Below, in pieces: positions 54,104 to 64,000 of a stretch of DNA of 64,000 nucleotides (its first letter is position 1; every line of letters begins with the position of its first letter). This stretch comes from Camelus dromedarius (Eukaryota). Under the pieces are notes generated by a model. That model made no database searches, was not told where the DNA came from, and saw nothing but the letters and a program-made list of their open reading frames with translations. Made by a program: the position numbers and the translations under genes. The stretch covers positions 33,048,001 to 33,112,000 of the forward strand of contig NC_087447.1 in NCBI RefSeq assembly GCF_036321535.1, in the 5' to 3' direction.

Positions 54104-55659
54104 AGTCATCACCATACCCAAGGGCATCTAGATTTTCCCCTAGGAGTTTAATAGTTTTGCATCTTAAATCTATGATCCATTTTGAGTTAATTTTTGTGAA
54201 GGGCTTAAGGTCTGTGTCTAGATTAATTTTTTGCAATGTGGATGACCAGCTGTTCCAGCACCACTTGTTGAAAAGGCTATATTTACTCCATTGTGTTGCC
54301 TTTGCTCTTTGGCCGAAGATCAGTTAACTATTTACATGGGACTATTTCTGCGCTCTCTTTGTCTTCCATTGACTTATTCACCTGTTCTTCTGCCAGTACC
54401 ACAGTGTCTTGATTAACGCAGCTTCATCTTGAAGTGGAGGACTGTCAGTCCTCCAGCTTTGTTCCTCTCGTTCAGTATTGTGTCAACTATTCTGGCTATT
54501 CTGCTTCTCCATAAGCTTTGAAGTCAGTTTCTCAATATCCACGAAATAACTTTGTTATTCTGATCAAGCTGGCATTGAATCTGTAATTCAGGTTGTAAAG
54601 AATTCATATCTTGACAATATTAAATTCTCCCATCCATAAATATGGAATATCTCTCAATTTATTTAGTATTTATTTGATTTTGTTCATTAGAGTTTGGTAG
54701 TTTTCCTCGTGTATACGTTGTTAGGTTTCTACCTAAGTATGTCATTTTGGGAAATGCTGATGTAAATGATACTGTGTTTTTAATTGCAAACTCCATTTAC
54801 TCATTGCTCTCATATAAGAAAGCAATGGACTTTTGTGTATTAACCTGGTAACCTGCAGTATTGATTTAGTCACTCATTAGTTCCAGGAGTTTTTTGGTTG
54901 ATTTTTTTAGGGTTTCTACATTAATGATCTTGCCATCTGCAAGAGATAGTTTTATTCCTTCCTTTTCAATCTGTATACCTTTTATTTCCTTTACTTGTCC
55001 TATTGTATTGTGGAATTTCCAGGGTAATATTGAAAAGGTGGTAAGAGGCGTCATCCTTGCCTTGTACCTGATCTTAGTGGAAAAGCTTTGTGTTTCTCAT
55101 CATGAAGTATGATGTTAGCTGTAGGTTATTTGTAGGTATTCCTTATCAAGTTGACGCAGTTTCCCTCTACTTCTAGTTTACTGAGAACTTTTTATAATAA
55201 ATGGGTGTTGACTTCCATCAAATGTTTTCTGCATCCGTTGATGTGGTCATGTGAATTTTCTTTTTCAGCCTATGGAAGTGAGGGATTACATTAACTGATT
55301 TTTAAATGTTGAAACAGCCCTATATACCTGGGATAAATACCACTTGATTGTGGTATATAATTATTTTTATACATTGCTGGATTCAATTTGCTCATTTTTG
55401 TTGAGAATTTTTACATCAGTGCTCATGAGACCAATATCACGGCTGTGGTTTTCTCATAATGCCTTTGTCTGGTTTTGTTACCAGGGTAATTCTGGTCTCA
55501 CAGAATGAGTGAAGAGTTATAAAGTATTCCTTTTGCTTCTATATCTTAAAGATATTATAGAAAACTGCTATAATTTCTTCCTTCCTTAAATGTTTGGTAG
55601 AATCTACCTGGGCCTCAGAATTTCTGCTTTGGAAGGTTATTAATTATTGATTCAATTAC

Positions 55660-55738
55660 ATATATACATAGAGAGAGAGAGAAAGGGGAAGAGGTAGAGA
55701 GAGAGACAGAGACAGACAGACAGACAGACAGACAGAGA
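55660..55738. repeat. (TA)/(GA)n/(GACA)n compound microsatellite
   Basis: Directly visible in the sequence. Confidence 0.9.
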
Positions 55739-58231
55739 TGTAACCAGATTCTCTGTTTCTTCTGGTGTGACTTTGGCAACATGAGTCTTTCAAGGAATTA
55801 GACCATTTCATCCAAGTTATCAAATTTGTGAGCAAAACGTTGTTCATAGTATTCCTTTATCTTTTTAATGTCCATAGGATCTGTAGTGATGTCCCCTTCT
55901 TTCTGATATGAATTTGTGTCATTTCTTTTCTTTTTTTTACTTAGTTACCTTGACTAGAGAGTTATCAAATTTATTGATCTTTTCAAAGAACCAGTTTTTG
56001 GTTTTGTTGATTTTCTCTATTGATTTTTTTCTTTCTAATATCACTGATTTCTGCTCAGATTTTTAATAGTTCTTTTTTTTCTACTCAGTTTGGATTTAAT
56101 TTGTTCTTCTTTCCCTAGGTTCCTAAGAAGGAAGCCTAGATTACTGAATGTAAATCGTTCTTCCCTTCCACCATATGTATTCATTACTATGTACTTCCCC
56201 CTAAGCACTGCTTTTACCACATCCCACCAATTTTGTTATGTTTTCCTTCTCATTTTGTTCACACACTTAAAAAATTTCTTTAGAGATTTCTTCTTTGACA
56301 CACATGTTACTTAGAAGTGTGTTATTTAATCTCCACATTTACTTTGGGACTTCCCAGCTATCTTTCTGTTATTTGTTTCTAGTGGAATTCCATTGTGGTC
56401 TGAGAGCAGACACGGTATGATTTCAGTTCTTTTAACTTTGTTAAGGTTTGCTCTGTGGCCCAGAATGTGGTCTGTCTTGGGGAACATTTCACGTGAACTT
56501 GAGCAGGATGTGTATTCTGCTGTCACTGGGTGAAGCGGTCTATAAATACCAATTATATCCCGGTGATGATAGTGCTGCTGAGTTCAGCTATTGTCTTTAC
56601 CGATGTTCTGCCTGCTGGAGTTTGCTCCTTTTTATTGTTGTTAACTTTTTAAGAAACTGCCAAATACTGTTCCAAAATAGTTGTACCATTTTACATCCCC
56701 ACCAGTGTAAGAAAATTACAGCTTCACATCTTTACCAACACTTGGTATTGTGGTACTTCTAATCTTAGCCATTCTAATGGGGTCCAGTGTACTTCACTGT
56801 GTTTTTTATTTGTGTTTCCCTTCTCACTGTGATATGCAGGGTTTTTAATGTCTTCTCCCAGATCACAGCTACAAGCATTAACATCTGCTATTTCTAGAAA
56901 TCAACCACTCAATCCTGAAAGGCAGGCAAACTCTGTGTTTCCCAAAGCCACCCCAGTTACACAATTTAATTGAAAATAAAGCATCTGTTTAATTTAAAAC
57001 CAGCCATAATCCCGTTCTCATTTCACTTTGAGGCACCAACAACCCTGATGCAGGTTAGTGGTTTTTCAGGGAGGTAGGTGACTTATTTATGAAGACTTCC
57101 AAAAGGCTGTTAAAATTCAAGAAGATGAAGATGCAGACTAAATAATGGCTACTTCTATAGAACACTTGCCACATCTCAGGTGCTGCACTGGATATTTTAC
57201 ATACATCACCATAATCCACCAAGGCAGGCATTATAGTTTCCATTTTACAGATGAACAAACTGAGTATCACAGATCCTACAAATTCATACACTGTGAATGG
57301 ACAGAGAATGCAATATGAGAGGTGAATATTTATAGGGGTCCTAGAGGCCTAGACCAGTGCTTCTAAAACCTGACCACCCTGGATCTCACTGACGTGCAGA
57401 TTCTAATTCAGTGTTCCATTGAGGGAGGGGAGCAGATTCTGCATTTCCAAGGAGCTCCCTAGTGATCCAGATTCTACTGGCCCCTTATTACGCTTCGAGT
57501 AGCGAGGGCCCGTATTACATCCTCACAAGGTCCAGGCAAGTCAGAGCCAGCATCTGGTGTGCTCAGAGGCAGCCTGCTGGGAATAAAGGAAGGATGCAGT
57601 ACTGCTTCCTCCTAAAAACTGATGTAAAGTGGCTGGAGAGCAGGAGTCAGCTGGGAAACTGTCTGTCACTTAATACGGCGCATAGGACGGAAAGTATCTG
57701 TCCATCACCAGTGCCTGAGGCGAGAACAGATGATAACACCAGGAGAGAACACTGGCAGCAAAATGACCCAGACCCAACTACACAATTTTCTTTCTACCAA
57801 TGGGCCACCCTTACACAAGCATACACCCCCATCCTCTTCCTATCCCTGGGAAGGACATAAATCTTTTACAGGTATGGATAAAGAAGGAAGGAAGCCCTGA
57901 GACTGGAAATGTAAACTAGATGGTGGTTGAGATTTTTAATAACCAGATTAATCTATAAGCATCCCATGGAAAAAGCTCTTAGCCTCAACAGAACAATGAC
58001 ATGTGCTGTGCAGGTACATGAATAACAAGAAGCCATGGTGTCATGTATTTGAGTGGTAAGAGTTTGACTAAGTCTATTGTAAGTATCATGTTAAGACAGT
58101 AAAAGGGAGAAATAAGTAAGGGAGAGATATAATACAACTTGCATTTTAAAAATAATCTTCTGAGAAGCAATTTGGAGAATAAACAGTAAGGTGACTAGCC
58201 TGGTGGCAGGGAGGCCAATTAATAGGCTATC

Positions 58232-58408
58232 ACTGTGGTTCTCAAAAAGTGATCCCCAAACCAGCAGCATCAGGACACCACGAACTGGTTAGAAATGTAA
58301 CCTCTTGGAACTATCCCTAGACGAACTGAATCTGGAAGCCTGGAACTGGGAACCCAACAAGCTGTGTTTTCATGCTTCTGATGCAGGCTGAAATTTGAGA
58401 ATCACCGG
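58232..58408. mobile_element. MER5A-like hAT-Charlie element
   Basis: 'gtggttctcaaaaagtgatcccc...ccagcagcatca...tttgagaatcacc'. Confidence 0.75.
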
Positions 58409-61400
58409 GCTAAGAAATGGTTCTAACAGGAAATGAAGAGCAGCTGGACTAAGATGAAGGCAGTGAGAAAGGAGAGAAATACTTTCAAAGATATTTAGGA
58501 GATAAACAGGAATAGGCTATTGACTGGAGAGACATAGATTATTACTCTCAATGCTCTTAACGAACTGGGTGAATGATAGTACAATTGATGAAAATGTACA
58601 GCACTGAAGAAAAGAGCTGTGCGTTGGGAGGCTAGGATGAAAAATGAGTTCAGTTTCAGACGCGACGTGTTTTGGGAGCCTGAAAGACGTCCACATAAAG
58701 ATGCCCAGTGGGTGGCTTAATAAATGAGTCTGTAGCTCCAGAGAAAGAATTGTGGGCGATGATAGAAACTCAGGAGTCATCAACTTGTGGGAGAGAGTTA
58801 ACCACACACAGTATACAAAACAGCCTCGAGCAGAGGTTTTCAACTTTGCTTCTGCCTCGACAGATGATGAATGGCACTCATACGAGACACATTCCCAGGA
58901 GTGCACTCAGATTGTAATGAAAACCAAGCACACTCACGTATGAGCAAAAGTAGTTGGCCAAGTAAAGCACACAATTCCCAAACTGTTTGGATAGGTCATG
59001 TTTACAAAAGCACTTCATCAGCAAATGATTAGTAAAGTCATCTATTTAATGAGCTCAAAACATGGCTTTTTTTGAGGGAAAAACACATATGGCTAATCTA
59101 ATATAAAACTACAAAAAACTCTAAAGATCAAATTCAGACCTCTACAGTTATAAGAAAAGTAAGCATGTGATAATAAAGAAAAATAATTCATAGTTCATGG
59201 TTAAAAAGCACAGCACATTCTCTTTATTCATGATGTTAATATCAGCAGTATTATCGCACACGCCATGTGGATGACCACAACACCTTTGACTGGGAAACTG
59301 TAACGAGTCTCATTCTCATTTCTATGTGGATATAGATAGACACACATGCTCTCTTCATCTCTCTTCCTTATTCAAAATGTTTCCATGGGTAAAATCAAGG
59401 AAACAAATACAACTATAAATCCACAGTTTACACCTTATATTTCAAAATTGCTATAACCGTCAATGCCATGTCAATAATCACAGTTCGTGGATATTTTCAG
59501 CAAACGTAAAATAGGCTGTGAATTATGAGCAATTCACTTCCAGCTAACTCTGACTCCACCTTTCCCACACAAGCACACTGCTGAAATGCAAATGAGTGGG
59601 CATGACATCCTTATAATGGTAATTTTGAGGTGAGTCTGATTATTTAAAAAGGAAAATCACTCACAAGTGCTTATAACTTAATGCTTATGAGTAAGTGAGT
59701 AGTTTTGATGTATGTCATGACTGATTGTGACACTATAATGTGTCATATATCACCAAGGTCAAGAAGTACTAGGCTAGAAAGTGCAGAAAAAATATGAAGA
59801 CAACACTGGGAGCCATCAATATTTCAACCAATATTTGAGAGGACTAGAGAAGTGATCTGGGAGGTAGGAGGAGAGAGGAGAGAGAAAAGGATGTCACAGA
59901 AGCCAGGAGAAGTGTCACACTCAAGAATGAATGGTCAGCAGCATCAGTATCCTATTGAGATGTTAAGTAAAATTAGAAGTGTCAATGATGGGGTCACTGG
60001 CCATCACCATGAGGTTGTCTAGATTGGTGACTGTAAGCATGGGCTCCAGAGTCAGACTGTCTGCTACATATCACCCCTATAACCTCTGCAAGTCTCATGA
60101 CTTCTTCTGGAACTTATATTCTTGGGGGAGTCGACAGCAAAAAACATACGATTTGATAGATTTGATAGATAGATATATCAATAAGCAAGCAACAAACACA
60201 TAGGTGGATTTTTAATGTCAGGAAAGAGAAATGCTATGAAACAAACATAAAACCTGTTGCCTTCAAGGAGCCTACATTCTAGGCAGAATTAAACAGAATG
60301 CATGTAGGTGGAACGTGTACTGGCCGATGATGCTAAATGACTCCTGAGTCGCCCAGCAGGACGTGGAAGGGCGCAGGATGGGTTAACCACGCGTGTGCAC
60401 AGGGCTGATGAGGGAAAGTGCCTCAGTCAAATCTTCAGGAAGGGCTGGCAGCAGGTAAGCACAGGGGGAAGGAAAGAATTTCTGAGATGGAGGCAAAATT
60501 GAAAAGCCTATAGAGTCCACTCAGCATTCCCATTCCGCTGAAAGGAAAGGTTTATGTAGGAATATAGTGGCAGACAAAATGGGGAAAGTAAATTGGGACC
60601 AGAGGGTAGCGAATCTTGAATGGCAAACGTAAGAAATTTATGATACCCTGAAGGCAGTCGAGAAACATTTATGGTTTTTGAAATAAGGATAAAAGGTTTT
60701 GAAAGATACCCTTTTAAAAAGGAAAACATGCACTTAAAAAAGAGAGAGACAGTAAATTTTCAATGCCCAAGACCACTTTATATCAAAGTGCTGCCTTAAT
60801 GAAAGCAGACTCTTAAAGCGTACACATAAACACACACACACACACACAAAGAAAACTCCCAAAATCCACTTCATGTTGTCCTACAGAACCAAATGATTAT
60901 GAACATTATTTTAAAACATAATTTTATGAAATTACTTATAATTTTCTAAAAAGATCTATGCAGAGATTTAATTTGCTCCATTTTCTCTGTTGCACAATTC
61001 ATGCGATTTCTCACCTGTCATTCCATCACTAGTCAGTAACCACGGAAGAGCTGACAGAGGCATAGTTCCCACCGAGGACTGCAGACAGCCAGGTTGAAGC
61101 AATCCAGAAACGTCTTCCTTGTCTTCCAAAAGGGAATACGTGTTGTACAAGACCAAACCTGCTGTACCAGCCCTTGTCCGAGGAACAGCTACACTTAATT
61201 TTACACTAAGAAGAGCTTCTTGGATATAGTTTTCATTGAGTACAGGAAAAAATCCCACCCTGCAGAAAGATTACTGAGGTAGGGGGTGGGGAGTCAGATT
61301 ATTCATTTTTCTGGGGGGAGGGTGGCTTTTGAATGAAACAGTGACATTTATACACAAGTCATGAAACTGAAACTTAAGCAGCAACTTTATCCATTCATGA

Positions 61401-61750
61401 AAAGAAGACAGTTGAAGACTCAAGATTATATGTAAGTTGGAAAAAGCTTTTTATCTTCCCTTCTAACTCAACTTTACAGCCACATGAACAACTCTATTAA
61501 ATACTGTGCTATTACCCAGGGCCTTAGCTACGCCACTCTAAATTCTCTCTGCCCGTCTAGGAGGACTGTTGTCTTCCCAGAACTATTCACAAGCAGGATT
61601 ACTATATTTTTCTTCAAACTTCTCTGTATTTTAGAGTTTTCCCTTTGAAACAGGATCTGGCAAGAGAATCTCTCTGTGCTAACAATGCCTGGATGCATGA
61701 GTCAACGAAGCCCTCTCTGCTATATCTGTCCACACTGTTAGCTCAAAATG

Positions 61751-61858
61751 CACACACACACACACACACACACACATACATACACACACACACGCACACA
61801 CACATACATACACACACACACACTCACACATGCACACATACACGCACACACTCACACA
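61751..61858. repeat. Interrupted (CA)n microsatellite, ~108 bp
   Basis: Directly visible in the sequence. Confidence 0.95.
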
Positions 61859-62644
61859 TGCCACAATTGATACAGCTCAGGTAACCATACCCTGTAGATT
61901 TTCTCAAAAAGTCCCAGTTAGCCTGAAATCATAGTCCTTATGCTCTATACTTGTTAAACCAGCATGACCCAATTTTTTGCAATAAAGTTATAACTACAGA
62001 ATCCAGAAATTAGAGGGGGCTTTCCAAAGCTAGCTATTTTTGCCATCTGGCTTATCCCTTGTCAACATTACAAAGTAGGTGTGATTATACAAATCTAAAA
62101 ATCTCCTCGAATGGCTTCCCTCCAGCCTCCCCAAACACCGCCTGCAAATGCTCTCCCTTCATGCATGACGGCCAGGGGCCTCTACTGGGCACCATACCCA
62201 CGGCTGTGTGTCAGGTGGCGCGTTACCTCAATCTGAAAAAAACGCAACTATGAGGTAGGCGTTTTATTTTCATCTTACAAACGTAGTTATATGCTACAAG
62301 GATTAGCAACTCCTGTTAAGTTAGCAGAAGATTCAAACTCAGGCCTCTTCCCTCTGAGCGTGTGGTCTTCCCCTACAATGTTTTCTTTCTTTCTTCTGTG
62401 CTTCTGTCCATCTCTACGTGCTACCTTCCCACCTCCCACTTCTACCCCTGAGAAGCGAAGAAAGAGTTTTACACAAAAGCCAAATCACCGTGGTAGACTT
62501 TCAGGCATCTAACACGTAAACTGGTAACTGTACAAATCTAAAAATACCCACAAATCTCCAAGGAAGGATGATTAAAGGCAGGTACTTGCATCTTTCCTGA
62601 AATTCCATTAAGTTTATAATTACATTTTTGTTTTTTGTTTTTAA

Positions 62645-64000
62645 ATTGTGTGTCTACAAGGGCAATGAGGAGACAAGAAAATTCTGGAAACTGGAAAGCA
62701 GACGGAGTGATGACTGACTTTTCAGACCTGATAAAGCTTAATCCTAGACACTCAGGGAGAAAAGCCAAGGAACTATTTGTTTTGACCATAGAACCCAAAA
62801 GCCTTAGGAACTGGCAACACCAGATTACCCCTCAGAGTGGCAGGTGAAGGTGGGTTGAGTGTCTCTTTAAGAAACAAATAAACACCCAGACCATCTTCCT
62901 TATTCTGATCAGTTACACGACTGCCTCCCCGCCCTCAACCTGGGAGAAGAAGGGACATTTATGTTCTACACTAGGAAACACTATGCACAGCTGAATGCAA
63001 GTTCCATGCTGAATCGAGGAAAAGTAACTGAGAGCCAACAGAATGCTAAAAGATGGGCTTAGACTCTGGGCAGGAGTTTTGAAGAGTAGTTTCTAAGAAA
63101 ACCAACAAATTAAAAATAAGGTGTTTAAATATACTGTGAATCAAATGTTTCCAAAAAGAACAGAACAGATCACCTTATACTGAATTCTACTGTCAACCAT
63201 CATCTCCAATCACAGAGAGCTTTCAATTAGTGTTTTATCATCCAGCTCTTAGGTATGTGTGAAGAGCCTGGTTCAAACGTGGAAAAGCTTCTAATATAAA
63301 GACCGAAGCCAAAGCAAATTAGTGGACAGAAGCAGTGAAAAGGACATCGGGACTCTACCAAGAAAAGAACATTTCAAATAAATTATCATAAATGTCCTCA
63401 GAGAAAAATGACACTGTGGTCATAAAACAAAAACAACATGCTATTCAAAAAATATACATTGTCTTTTCTCAATTGTATATTCCTGCCTCCTTTGTCAAAG
63501 ATTAATTGACCGAAAGTGTGTGGGGCTATTTCTGGGTTCTCTGTTCTGTTCCATTGATCCATGTGTCTGTTCTTGTGGCAGTATCAGGCTGTTTTGATTG
63601 CTGTAGCTTTGTAGCGTTGTCGGAAACATTAAGCTGTACACTAGGAATTGATACAACAGTGTAAACTGCTTAGACTTTAATAAAAAATATAAAATAAAAT
63701 TAAAAAAAAAACACAGGAAAAGTGTTTTTAAAGTCCAAAAAGGACAGTAGAAATGAAAAGCTTGGTATATGCGTTGGAAGATAAAGTGGAAAAATTTCCC
63801 AGACATTAGATGAAAATGACAAATATGGAAATAAGAAAGAAAATAAGAAAACTGGAGAATCAGGAAATCCAGCATCAAAATAACAGGAGAGCCAGAAAAA
63901 GCAAAAGGAGACCAAAAAAAGTGGGGTGTGAGTGTGAAACAAGCCACCAAAGACATAATTCAAGAATAGTTACAGACCTAAAAGCTATGAGTATTGAGAT
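62645..64000 (+). mobile_element. HAL1/L1ME-like ORF1-type element, degraded
   Basis: Motifs 'ggaaactggaaagcagacgg', 'gttggaagataaagtggaaaaatttcccaga' and 'catcaaaataacaggagagccagaaa'. Confidence 0.7.
63459..63711 (+). mobile_element. Miniature 5'-inverted L1 nested in HAL1
   Basis: Antisense ORF2 piece at 63459-~63625 (homologous to ~11701-11868) joined to the last ~85 nt of a sense L1 3'UTR with AATAAA and an A tail. Confidence 0.85.

Larger units (their letters stand above)
52495..56600 (-). mobile_element. Old L1 (L1MC/MD-like), ~4 kb of ORF2 and 3'UTR, interrupted at ~53701-54103
   Basis: 3' end 'ttttagagcagttttaggttcacag'; degraded ORF2 peptides (KEIKGIQIEKE.IKLSL; KTDHILGH...LSDHNGI). 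Confidence 0.9.

Overview
Mammalian, repeat-rich, essentially non-coding 64 kb window. It is probably camelid, because it carries a Vic-1-like tRNA-derived SINE and matching young L1 3' ends. I could not recognise any spliced protein-coding exon. The one gene-derived feature is an intronless minus-strand copy of IDH3G (NAD-isocitrate dehydrogenase gamma) at about 50.96-52.22 kb. It resembles the testis-type 'gamma 2' (IDH3GL) retrogene lineage but is broken here by three 1-nt indels and an in-frame TGA. From recollection, the rodent gamma-2 retrogene lies in a NELL1 intron, so the window may be NELL1 intronic sequence; this is inference, and no NELL1 exon was found. The rest is transposons: a young 5'-inverted (twin-primed) L1 with a 15-bp TSD, several short L1 3' ends, a chimeric L1 insertion, old L1/HAL1, MaLR/ERV1 LTRs, Tigger1, MER58, MIR, L2 and microsatellites. 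I found no convincing new biological system. The best leads are the apparent lineage-specific loss of the IDH3G-like retrogene, the unusual L1 insertion structures and a cryptic minus-strand exon. Repeat subfamily names are recognised from memory and their boundaries are approximate.
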